DNA of 51,109 nucleotides from Saprospiraceae bacterium (GTDB lineage: Bacteria > Bacteroidota > Bacteroidia > Chitinophagales > Saprospiraceae), in the NCBI GenBank assembly GCA_036846745.1, contig DAIUBI010000001.1:1-51109 (forward strand). Reading direction: 5' to 3'. The notes below the pieces were generated by a model, which ran no database searches, was not told the origin of the DNA, and saw only the letters and a program-made list of their open reading frames with translations. Numbering within the stretch: position 1 is the stretch's first letter; every line of letters begins with the position of its first letter. A program made the position numbers and the translations under genes. Shown here piece after piece: positions 26,855 to 37,500 of the stretch.

Positions 26855-26862
26855 TACTTTTG
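26855..26862 (+). promoter_or_regulatory. Possible -7 box (TAnnTTTG) for the S8 peptidase gene
   Basis: TACTTTTG lies 9 nt downstream of the inverted repeat and 140 nt upstream of ATG 27002. This is a motif match only. Confidence 0.25.
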
Positions 26863-27001
26863 AAACAGCCTCTTTTAAACCAAAATGTCCAGTACTAAGC
26901 AAAACAGCAAATCTGGTGGAGCAGGATTCTTTTTGTCCATATTTTACTTCATGCCTTTTAGGTCGGATTGCCCATTTGAACATATATTATCTTTGCTCCG
27001 G

Positions 27002-29671
27002 ATGAGAAAGAAATGTAGTTACACACTCGTTTTTATTGGATTACTGTTGCACGGAAACGCCATTTCTCAAGCGCTGACTTTTGTGAAAGGAGCGTATTTG
27101 GTTTCATTATCTCCAGGAATAGATATCCCCGCTTTCTATGACGAGTCAGGTAAAAAACTTCAGTCGAGTAAAGTGGCTGACATGATGAATATCTGGTTGG
27201 TTCAAATTCCTGACAAGCCTGCTCCCGAAGCCCTTGTTTTTTTGCGCAGACAGCCAGGTGTACGTAATGCACAGTTAAATCACATAGTCGAACAAAGGAC
27301 CCATTTGGAGGCCATTCCAAACGATCCCCTGTTTGAAAAACAATGGCATTTGCTTAACGATGGCTCTACGGGCGGACTTGCAGATGCCGATCTGGATGCT
27401 GAGCTGGCCTGGGACCTGAGCACAGGTGGTTTGACAGCCGCCGGCGACACGATTGTTCTGGCAGTAATTGATGGAGGGATAGATGCTGATCATCCGGATC
27501 TAATGTCCAGGCTATGGCATAATTGGCTGGAAATACCTGATAATGGCCTCGATGATGACCAAAATGGTTTTATTGATGATCACCGGGGCTGGAATGTGTT
27601 TTCTGATAATGACGATATTGAAGGTGTGATTACCACCCATGGTACTCCTGTGAGCGGATTACTAGGCGCTGCCGGTAATAATGGCCTTGGCGTAAGCGGT
27701 GTAAACTGGAATAGTCAGATGATGTTTGTGTCGGCGCCTGGAACGGAGGCTGAGATCCTGGCAGCATATGATTATGTCTGGAAAATGCGTACCTTATACA
27801 ACGACACAGATGGCGAAAAAGGAGCATTTGTGGTTGCGGTTAACTGCTCCTGGGGCATAAACTTCGGTCAACCTGCCGAATCTCCCCTTTGGTGCGAAGC
27901 TTTTGATATACTGGGCGAAGCTGGAATACTGAGTGTTGCCGCCACAGCTAATCTGCCCGTAAATGTAGACGAAGCGGGGGATTTGCCAACTACCTGTCCG
28001 AGTATCTATCTGTTAAGTGTAACCAGCTTAAACCGATGGGATAACAAAGCCGAAAATGCTGCCTGGGGGCCAGAAAACGTTGATATTGGCGCCTATGGCC
28101 ATGAGGTGTTCTCTACTGCTACTGGCAACAATTACAGTGTTTTCTCCGGCACTTCTTTTGCAGCGCCTCAGGTAACCGGCGCAGTTGGGCTGTTGTATGC
28201 CATGGACTGCCCCAATCTGATAACCACAGCTAAAACCAACCCTTCAGGAGCAGCATATTGGTCTAAATCAATGATCCTGGATGCCCATACTCCGAATGAG
28301 GATATGCAAGACAAGACAGTTTCCGGGGGGCGATTAAATCTCTATCAAGCATTGGACCTGTATCAAGGTAATTGCAGTGACTGTCCTATGCCATTTGCAT
28401 TAAAAATATTGGAAGGAACGGATACCTCTGCTATGTTGGGGTGGATTGAACCTGTTAACGTTGGTAAGGTGAATCTGAGGTGGAGAAGGGTAGGGCAGAG
28501 TACCTGGAATATGCTTCAACAGGTTTCTGAGCCTTTTCAGCTCGCAGGGTTGTGGGCATGTACGGCCTATGAATTTGAAATGCAGTCTATTTGTTCCGAT
28601 AGCATGGTAAGTGGCTGGTCAGCGCCTTTTGTTTTTGAAACAAAAGGATGTTGTGCAGCGCCTGCATTTATCTGGACCGAGCAAATTGGTGAGGAAACCG
28701 TAACCATTGCCTGGCCACCAGATATATTCAATAATACGTTCAGGATCAGGCTGGAATCGGTTAATGGTTCCGGTGGTCAATTAATTGAAGCAGATTCTAA
28801 TGTTTGGGTCTTTGAAAACCTCCTTCCATGTACGGAATATATCGTTAAGGTTCAAACCAGATGTGAAGATTGGCTGACAGCTTTTTCACAACCTTTTTCT
28901 TTTAAAACCAAAGGATGTGGCGCCTGCAATGAGATTTCTTATTGCAGTGTAAACGGGATAAGTGCTACTCAGGAATGGATCAGTTCCGTGCAGTTAGGAT
29001 CATGGATACATGAATCAGGATCAGGGGGTAATGGATATCAAAATTTTTCCAACAGCCAAATTGTTGCTCCGGTATTGGTTGCCCATTCGACCGTGCCAAT
29101 AACCATTACCAATGGTTATTTCGGTACATCATCGAAGCATTATTACCGCGTCTTTATTGATTATAATCAGGATGGTGAATTTATGGACGAAGTTGAACAA
29201 GCCTATGATCCTGGTTTTGCTTTTGAAGGACCGGCCTCCGGACAGATAATAGTACCTGATTTTGAACAGGAAGGATTAACCCGCATGCGGGTTATGATGC
29301 AATATAGCACGCCAAACGATCCTCCTCCCTCTCCATGTGAGCCATTTGATTTTGGACAAGTTGAAGACTATTGTATTTGGCTTCAAAAAAGCTCCTTAAG
29401 CTCGGAAAATCAGCATACTTTTCAAGGGTTAAAGATATTTCCGGTGCCGGCTACCGACTGGCTGCTGGTAGAATGGCCAGACGGGCCAGGGATGCAGGAA
29501 GATGTCACGCTTCGGATAATGGATATTGCCGGCCGCGAGGTAGAGGCGTCCAGGGTTTTGCCTATGGATTGCAGGTATAAACAACATACAGCCTTATGGC
29601 ATCCAGGCATTTACATCATGGAGATTCGCAGTGGTAAAAAATGCCTTGTTACAAAAATTATAAAGCAATAA
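27002..29671 (+). CDS. Secreted S8 (subtilisin-like) serine peptidase with two FN3-like domains, a GEVED domain and a T9SS type-A C-terminal sorting domain
   Basis: The signal peptide is MRKKCSYTLVFIGLLLHGNAISQ. The catalytic triad contexts are VIDGGID (Asp), HGTPVSGLLGAAGNN (His) and GTSFAAPQVTG (Ser). The GEVED-type ending is FDFGQVEDYCIWL. The CTD reads LKIFPVPATDWLLVEW...GIYIMEIRSGKKCLVTKIIKQ. The track start at 26885 is less likely. Confidence 0.92.
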   Translation: MRKKCSYTLVFIGLLLHGNAISQALTFVKGAYLVSLSPGIDIPAFYDESGKKLQSSKVADMMNIWLVQIPDKPAPEALVFLRRQPGVRNAQLNHIVEQRTHLEAIPNDPLFEKQWHLLNDGSTGGLADADLDAELAWDLSTGGLTAAGDTIVLAVIDGGIDADHPDLMSRLWHNWLEIPDNGLDDDQNGFIDDHRGWNVFSDNDDIEGVITTHGTPVSGLLGAAGNNGLGVSGVNWNSQMMFVSAPGTEAEILAAYDYVWKMRTLYNDTDGEKGAFVVAVNCSWGINFGQPAESPLWCEAFDILGEAGILSVAATANLPVNVDEAGDLPTTCPSIYLLSVTSLNRWDNKAENAAWGPENVDIGAYGHEVFSTATGNNYSVFSGTSFAAPQVTGAVGLLYAMDCPNLITTAKTNPSGAAYWSKSMILDAHTPNEDMQDKTVSGGRLNLYQALDLYQGNCSDCPMPFALKILEGTDTSAMLGWIEPVNVGKVNLRWRRVGQSTWNMLQQVSEPFQLAGLWACTAYEFEMQSICSDSMVSGWSAPFVFETKGCCAAPAFIWTEQIGEETVTIAWPPDIFNNTFRIRLESVNGSGGQLIEADSNVWVFENLLPCTEYIVKVQTRCEDWLTAFSQPFSFKTKGCGACNEISYCSVNGISATQEWISSVQLGSWIHESGSGGNGYQNFSNSQIVAPVLVAHSTVPITITNGYFGTSSKHYYRVFIDYNQDGEFMDEVEQAYDPGFAFEGPASGQIIVPDFEQEGLTRMRVMMQYSTPNDPPPSPCEPFDFGQVEDYCIWLQKSSLSSENQHTFQGLKIFPVPATDWLLVEWPDGPGMQEDVTLRIMDIAGREVEASRVLPMDCRYKQHTALWHPGIYIMEIRSGKKCLVTKIIKQ

Positions 29672-29676
29672 AAAAA

Positions 29677-29701
29677 GCAGGACGACAGTTCGTCGCCCTG
29701 C
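29677..29701 (+). terminator. Hairpin just after the S8 peptidase stop codon
   Basis: GCAGGACGAC-AGTT-CGTCGCCCTGC forms a 10-bp stem with one mismatch, starting 6 nt after the stop codon. There is no downstream U-tract. Confidence 0.4.
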
Positions 29702-29742
29702 TATGCAATTTAACCAATCCCGTCTTTCTGTATTGTTGCAAT

Positions 29743-29763
29743 CTGCTGTTAGCAGTTTTTTTT
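29743..29763 (+). terminator. Small hairpin plus T8 tract (second candidate terminator for the S8 gene)
   Basis: CTGCT-GTT-AGCAG is followed by TTTTTTTT. The stem is short (5 bp), so this is weak. Confidence 0.4.
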
Positions 29764-29990
29764 CATATACAAAGGTGGCCCAGATTACCCTGTGGGTGCC
29801 AGCGTGAAATGACGTGTTTTCTTCAATCAGGTATTTTTACGGGGGGCAAGGCAGACTTTAGACCTCATATTTGCTGGAGAATTTAACTATTTAGAGTCAA
29901 TTCTGGCAAAATGACTTCATTCATTAGTCGTCTATTGTTTCAGCCGATTGAAGATTGATACCTTTACCCCTTCTTTTACTCCACTTGGAT

Positions 29991-30764
29991 ATGTTATTAT
30001 TTGGCTTGACCTTCCTTATACTAATCGCATTGTTTCTCATTTGGATGATTGTTCAACAAAGGGGAAAATTAAACCTACAAGCCAGACAGCTTGGAGAAAA
30101 TGCCAGGGAATTGAAACATCAGCATGACCTTTGGGAAGGGAATTTGCTTGCACAGGAAAATGAACGTCAACGTATTGCAGCTCAGTTGCACGACGATGTA
30201 TGCACCAAATTGGGTGTTTTGCATCTCACATTTCATCGTTTACGCCGTATGTCGCCAGATCAGGAAGAATATGCAGAAATGTGCACCGAAATCAATGATT
30301 TGATCGGTGAAACGCTGGGGATTACCCGGAAAATTTCTCATGATCTGGTTCCGCCGACGCTCGAAGGATTTGGTCTGATTGAGGCGCTGGAAGAACTATG
30401 CGAACAGATCAGAAATACCGGAACAGCTGATGTCCGTTTACAACATAATCTTGGAAGAAATGACCTTGGAGATGTTAACACAGAGTTGAATCTTTTCAGG
30501 ATCGTCCAGGAGTTGACCAATAATACCCTTAAGCACGCAGAGGCTAGCTTCATTACCATTGAGCTTCAAAAAGAGGAAGGTGTTGTCCTTTTTAATTATT
30601 GTGATAATGGAATAGGCTATGACCAGGATAATGAAACGGCGAAGGGGTTGGGATTAAAAAATATATTTAACCGGGCCAGAATGATCGGAGCCAAAGTTGA
30701 AATCAGTACAGCTCCTGATCAGGGCTTTGAAATTCGATTTGCCATTCCTGTTTCCAAGGATTAA
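29991..30764 (+). CDS. Sensor histidine kinase, NarL-class (HisKA_3 + HATPase_c), single N-terminal TM, no obvious sensor domain
   Basis: It has a TM segment (MLLFGLTFLILIALFLIWMIV), a coiled stretch and an H-box (ERQRIAAQLHDDVCTKL). The ATPase N, G1 and G2 boxes are present (ELTNNTLKHA, DNGIGYD, GLGLKNI). I prefer ATG 29991 to the track TTG at 29955. Confidence 0.88.
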   Translation: MLLFGLTFLILIALFLIWMIVQQRGKLNLQARQLGENARELKHQHDLWEGNLLAQENERQRIAAQLHDDVCTKLGVLHLTFHRLRRMSPDQEEYAEMCTEINDLIGETLGITRKISHDLVPPTLEGFGLIEALEELCEQIRNTGTADVRLQHNLGRNDLGDVNTELNLFRIVQELTNNTLKHAEASFITIELQKEEGVVLFNYCDNGIGYDQDNETAKGLGLKNIFNRARMIGAKVEISTAPDQGFEIRFAIPVSKD

Positions 30765-30777
30765 CTGAGTAAAACAA

Positions 30778-31449
30778 ATGACTAAGATACCTAAAATTTT
30801 AATAGCCATTGCCGATGATGAGGCTCTGTTTCGGAAAGGCATGCGATTGATTCTGGAAGACTATCCGGATATGGAGGTTATGCTGGAGGCCGAGAATGGG
30901 GAATCCTTACTGCAAAACATTCGGCAATCTGCAGAGCTGCCGGATGTACTCTTGCTGGATTTGAAAATGCCTGGAATGACCGGGATTGAAGCGGCGGAAA
31001 TTATTCGGCAGGAATTTCCTTCCATATCTATCGTGGTGGTATCTTCCCATATATCCAAAGCATTCATTTTGAACATGATAGAAATCGGTGCGGCCGCATA
31101 TCTTGGAAAAAATGCCGATCCCGATGAGGTGGTGGAAACGATTCGTATGGTTTGTGAAAAAGGCTTCTTTTATAATCAAATGGTGATGGAGGTCATACGT
31201 GATAATATGACTGGCAGAAATCCAATCAAACCTCAAAGAAGTTTTGATGTAGAATTAACTATCAGAGAAAAAGAGGTGCTTCAATTGATTTGTCAGGAAT
31301 TGACCACTCAGGAAATCGGAGAAAAGTTGTTTATCAGTAACCGAACGGTTGAAGGTCACCGGAATAACATGTTAGCAAAGCTTGGATGTCGGAATACCGC
31401 AGGCCTGGTGGTGTATGCCATCCGAAATGGCCTGGTTGAATTAAAATAA
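30778..31449 (+). CDS. Response regulator, NarL/LuxR family (REC + LuxR-type HTH)
   Basis: The REC motifs are IADDE, the phospho-acceptor in LLDLKMPGMTG, and VVVSS...AYLGK. The C-terminal LuxR HTH reads LTIREKEVLQLICQELTTQEIGEKLFISNRTVEGHRNNMLAKLG. The gene starts 13 nt after the kinase. Confidence 0.93.
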   Translation: MTKIPKILIAIADDEALFRKGMRLILEDYPDMEVMLEAENGESLLQNIRQSAELPDVLLLDLKMPGMTGIEAAEIIRQEFPSISIVVVSSHISKAFILNMIEIGAAAYLGKNADPDEVVETIRMVCEKGFFYNQMVMEVIRDNMTGRNPIKPQRSFDVELTIREKEVLQLICQELTTQEIGEKLFISNRTVEGHRNNMLAKLGCRNTAGLVVYAIRNGLVELK

Positions 31450-31482
31450 AAAATCCCCCGATGATCTTCCAATCATCGGGGG
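31445..31482 (-). terminator. Strong intrinsic terminator closing the giant-protein operon (it may also stop the convergent LuxR-type regulator gene)
   Basis: There is a perfect 11-bp stem, CCCCCGATGAT (31455-31465) pairing with ATCATCGGGGG (31472-31482), with a 6-nt loop. On the minus strand it is followed by ATTTTTTATTTT. It sits 30 nt after the stop of the 2,468-aa gene. Confidence 0.75.
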
Positions 31483-31511
31483 GACTTCCTGTCGTATATC
31501 TATTGATGACG

Positions 31512-34500
31512 TTAATGCTGTATCAATAATCGTTTAACGGAACGTAGCGGGGCTGAGGTACATTCGAGTAAATAAAGCCCGGAAGGTACTTTTCGTACAT
31601 CGAGATACATACTATTTCTGCCTTTTAAGCCAGTTCGATGTTCTTCCAGAATTAACCGTCCCGTTATATCGTGGATATTTAATCGGAACATTTGTTCATC
31701 CGGAAGTTCAAAGTCTACCCACAGTGCGCCTGATGTCGGATTGGGATAAACATTCAGCTGAAGGGCGTCAGACTCACTGTTTGTTACGTTAACAATGCTA
31801 TCTTCTTCATCTCTTACCGGACTATTCTGATTTACCGTTACTACCGAAACGCAGGTTGCTGTATTGCCGCTCCAGTCGCTTACGGTTATGACCAGATTAT
31901 AAATGCCTGCCGAATTGTAAGTTTTGGCTGCAGGGAGGTACCCGGTTACAGAGCAGTTGTCAAAACTTGAATCTGCCAGTATGGATGGATAAACGGTGAC
32001 GTTGCCGTTGGAACCCAGGGTTACAACAGTATTCTTACATATCGGAGTTGGAGCAATGTTGTCTTTCACTGTAACCAATGCTGAGCAGGTTGAGGTGTTC
32101 CCGGAGGGGTCTTTTACCGTCAGCAAATTATTTACAGGAGCGCCAATATCACTGCAGTTGTAATCCGTTTGCAACAGAGATCTGGTACTAATGCTGCAGT
32201 TGTCGGTACTGCCATTGTCCAAATCAATTGCGTTTATGCTTTTCTTACCCACGTCATTCAGGAAAATCGTAATGTTTTTACACAATGCGGTTGGAGCAGT
32301 TACGTCTCTAACAGTTACCCTTGCAGTGCAGGTTCTGGTATTGCCTCCGGCATCGGTTACTGTCAATGTTACCACATTTACGCCCAGTTGATTACAGTTG
32401 AAGGTATTGGGCGCAAGGCTAAGTGTAAAACTACAGTTATCACTGCTGCCATTGTTAATGGCACTTGGAGCTACCGTTACGGTGCCATTCGCGCCCAGAT
32501 TAGCAATGGTATTTTTGCACAGTGCAACCGGCAGAATCAAATCCCGAACTGTAACAATAGCTGTGCAGGATCCAGCATTATTGCTCTGATCGCGACCGGA
32601 AAGCGTAACCGTGTTGTCGCCAATATCAGCACAAGTGAACTGGGTTTTGCTAAGGTTAAAGACTACAATAGTACAATTGTCAAAACTTCCATTGTTCACA
32701 TCTGCAACGGTAAGTGTAGCCTGACCCTGGGCATTCAGATTTAATGTTGCATTTCGGCACAACATGGTTGGCGGGATGTTGTCTATCACTGTAACCGTTG
32801 CCTGACAGGTCGCGGTGTTGCCACTCTGGTCTGTACCGGTTAGCGTTACCGTATTTGCCCCTAAATTACTACAAGTAAAGAAGTTGGGTGTAAGGGAGAG
32901 GTTGGTCAATGTACAGTTGTCAGTACTTCCGTTGTTGATATCAGCGGTAGATACGGAAGCTGAACCGGCAGCATTCAAGGCCACCGTATGATTTTTACAC
33001 ATCATAGTGGGTGGAATCTGATCAACAACCGTTACTGTCGCATTACAGGAGGAGGTATTGCCATTGCCATCATTAACCGTTAGTACCACCACATTTGCCC
33101 CTAACTGACTGCAATTAAAGGTATTCGGTACCACGGAAACCAAATTGACAACACCACAATTGTCTGATCCGCTTCCATACACGTCACTTGGCAAAACCGT
33201 CACCATCCCTGCGGCATTCAAGGCCGCTGTGAATGGCTTACACACAACTACCGGTGGAGTAACATCTTTAAGGGTTACCGTAAACGTGCAGAATTGGGTG
33301 TTTCCGTTGCCGTCATCAGCTGTAAGCGTTACCACCTCCACATCATTGTGACCGCTCAATACGGTACTTGCCGCCGGGCTTTGTGTCACCGTAGGATTAG
33401 GATTACAGTTATCGCTAACAGAAACCGCTGAGTAAGCGCCCAACAAACTGCTGCAGTTGGCGTCTGCATTCAAGGTTACATTTGGCGGACAAGTAATAGT
33501 AGGCTTCGTAACATCTTTCAATGTAACGGTCAGGCTACATGAAGCCGTATTACCATTTCCATCGTTGGCTGTAAGTGTAACCACCTCAAAGTCATTGTGT
33601 CCGATCAATACCGTACCTGGTACCGGACTTTGTGTAACAGTAGGATTGGCGTTACAATTATCGCTGACAGATACCGGATTGCGTACGCCAACCAAGCCAG
33701 AGCAATTGGCATCCGCATTTACTGTTGCATCCGGTGGACAAACGATAGAAGGTGGGGTAACATCCTTCAGGGTTACGGTAAAACTACAACTGTTCGAGTT
33801 TCCATTGCCATCGTTAGCCGTAAGCGTAACGGTTTCTACATCGTTGTGTCCGGTTAACACCGTGTTTGCTGCCGGACTTTGGGTAACGGTTGGGTTTGGA
33901 TTGCAGTTATCACTCAAGGAAACCGGCGACCAGGATCCTACTACATTGGAACAATTGGCGTCTGCTGCAAGTGTTGTGTTTGCCGGGCAAATGATGCTTG
34001 GTGGGGTAACATCTTTTAAGGTTACCACAAAAGAACAGGACTCTGTATTTCCATTCCCGTCGTCGGCTGTAAGTGTTACCGTTTCCGTATCATTATGACC
34101 GCTCAACACGGTGGTTGAAGCGGGACTTTGGGTAACGGTTGGGTTGGCATTGCAATTGTCGCTCACCGAAACCGGATTGTAAGTGCCTAACAAGCTGCTG
34201 CAATTAGCGTCAGCGTTAAGGGTTTGAGGTCCAGGGCAAGTGATAGTGGGTTTGGTTACATCCTTCAGGGTCACCGTGAAATTACAAGTATTGGTATTCC
34301 CATTGCCATCGTCGGCCGTAAGTGTAACTGTTTCTACATCATTGTGTCCACTTAACACAGTACCTGCTGCCGGGCTTTGGCTGAAGCTTGGATTGGCAGC
34401 GCAGTTGTCGGCAAGTTGAGTGGGCATATAGCTGCCAAGACTGCCGTTGCAATTCGCGTCCGCTTCAATGGTAGTATTACCCGGGCAGATAATAGTGGGC

Positions 34501-37500
34501 GGGGTCACGTCTTTAAGTGTAACGGTAAAAGAGCAATCGCTGGAATTGCCGTTGCCATCATTAGCGGTTAAGGTCACCGTTTCTACGTCATTGTGGCCGC
34601 TCAGCGCAGTTGAAGCCAACGGACTTTGGGTAAAGCTTGGATTGACAGCGCAATTATCGCTTAATGAAGCGGGCGACCAGGAGCCCACAACCCCGTTACA
34701 GTTGGCGTCTGCCGCCACAGTCTGGTTGGGTGGACAACTCAGCAACGGAGGGGTAACATCTTTTAAGGTAAGGGTAAAGTTGCAGGAACTATTGTTACCA
34801 TTGCCATCGTTGGCCGTAAGTGTGATGGTTTCCACATCGTTATGGCCACTCAAAATAGTATTTGCTGCCGGCGTTTGAGTCACTGACGGAGAAGGATTGC
34901 AATTATCACTTACCGACAAGGGAGCCCAGGTGCCCACCTGTCCGCTGCACTGGCCATCTGCGGCCAGAGTTGTATTGGCCGGACAGGTAATAGTTGGAGG
35001 AATGGCATCCGCTACAGATGCTGTTACTGTGGCCGAGTTGACACATCCGTTATCATTAACGGTTACGGAATACGTGCCGCTTGCCGCCGGGGTGGCATTC
35101 GGGATAGTTGGGTTAACAGCGCCTGATGTAAAATTATTAGGCCCAACCCATGAATAGGTTACACCACTGCCACTGGGGCCACCTGAATTCAATTGCAGGG
35201 TAGCGCCGGGGCAAACCGGACTATTGGTTGTAGGTGCAAGTGCCGGACCAAATACGCTTACATTGACCGAAGCAGTTCCTTTGCAATTCTTGGTATCTGT
35301 AACGGTTACCGTATAGATACCTGCGCCGTTCAGGAATACAATAAATGGAGTTGGGTCTTCCATATTAGAAGAATATCCGTTAGGGCCTGACCAGGAGAAT
35401 GCATTATATGGAGGTGATCCAGCATTTGGGGTTGAAGTCAGGACCAATTGATTTCCTGCACAAATCGGACTATTGCTGGCAGCTGAAATGGTTGGAGCAT
35501 TATTGGTTGAAATCGACAAGGTGGTTGAAGATGTTCCGGTGCACCCGGCATTGTCCGTTACTGTAACGGTGTAGGTGCCTGCATGAACCAATGCAATGTT
35601 GTTAATCTTTGGATTCTCTAAGCCAGAAGAAAAACTATTTGGTCCTGCCCAGTTGAAACTGGTATAGTTTCCGGATCCGCCGGATGGATTTGTTTTCAAA
35701 TCCAGGGTTGCACCCAGGCATAGCGGGCCGTTATTGGTGGCCAAGGCAATTGGTTTTGGGTTTACTACCAGGTTAGTAGTGGCAGTAGCGGTGCAGCCTT
35801 TTGAATCGGTCACTTTTACGGTATAAATGCCCGAGGAAGCCACGGTGCCGGTAAATGGAGCAGGATCTTCGGCGGAAGCACCAAAGAAGTCGGGGCCTGT
35901 CCAGCTAAAGGTGTAACCAGGAGTGCCTCCGGAAGGGGAGGAAGTTAACACTACCTGAGCGCCAGAGCAGATAGGGCCGTTATTCTGTGCGGTGATGGAT
36001 GGATTCGGATGAATGGTAACAGAAACACTGGCTGTTGATACACAACCCAATGCATCTGTAACACTCACGGTATAAGTACCCGCAGCCTGCATATTAGCTA
36101 CAAATGGCGCCGGATCTTCTACATTGGCACTATAGTTATTCGGGCCTGCCCACGCAAAAGCAGTATAAGGTAACGCGCCGCCAATTGGAGCAGAGGTAAG
36201 GGTAATCGTTCCGCCATCACAAACTGCTCCGCTTACACTTGCCGTAATCGTTGGACATGCTACCACTGAGACGCTGGTGGTTGCAGTGCTGGTACAACCA
36301 TTGCCATCTGTAAGTGTAACGCTGTAAACGCCGGCTGCTGCCATAGTGGCCGGAAAGCCTGCAGGTTGTGCATCACTAGAACTGTAGCTGTTTGGGCCAG
36401 ACCATACATAGGTGTAGCCAGATCCAGACCCGCCACTTGCAGTTGAACTCAATTGAATGGTTCCTCCCTCACTCACCGGGCTATTGCTTGAAGCGGTGAT
36501 TATTGGAAGGGCATGAACAGTTACCGAGGTGGTATTGGAACCGCTACATCCGGCATTGTCCGTTACGGTAACCGAATAGGTTCCTGCAGCAGCCAGGGTG
36601 GCAATAAATGGCGCCGGGTTTTGACTGGTGGAGCCAAATCTGTTCGGACCAGCCCAAAGGAAAGTGTATCCCTGGCCAGATCCACCGGTTGGGGTACTGT
36701 TCAACGTCAGGTTAGCGCCGGAACAAACAGGACTGTTACTTCCTGCGGTGATGGTAGGCGCCGGGTTGGAGGAAACACTAATGCTGACCGTGCCTGAAGC
36801 AGTACAGCCAGGGGTATCTGTTACTACTACGGTGTAAGTCCCGCCAGAGTTGGCTGTTGCCGGAAAAGCTGTTGGATCTTCCAGATTGGATTGGTAATTA
36901 TCTGGTCCGGTCCAGGAAAAACTTGCATAAGGCGGGGTTCCTCCTGTTGGCGTGGAGTTCAGGGTAATGTTGGAGCCCAGGCATACTACCCCTATATTAC
37001 CGCTGGCGCTAATGGTTGGCGGTGGAGCTATAACTATACTTGCCGTGGCGGTGCAGGAACCCGTGCTGGTTCCGGTTACGGTGTAAGTACCCGGAGTGGT
37101 TACTGTGATTTGGGGTTGCGTAGATCCGGTACTCCAAACATAGCTTACAGCGCCGGAGGCAGTCAGGTTTACGCTTGCATTGGTACAAATCAGATTGGTG
37201 CCTCCATTGATACTTACGGCAAATGGTTCATTGGCCTGATTAGTCACCGTGACAACCAAAGTGATCACATCCGACTGATTTCCTGCATTGGTAACCTTAA
37301 TGTTTACCACATATTGGTTGTTGACATCGGCATCCTGAGGGTTCTCAAAGTCCGGAGAAAAACCTGCAGCCCAACTCAGCACACCATTTTGGGTATTGAT
37401 ACTGAATTTACCTGCGTCAGCGCCACCATCCAGGGCATAAGTGAGGCCGTTACCTTCGCTGTTGTTAGGGTCGGATGTTTGGGTATCATACAGTACATAA

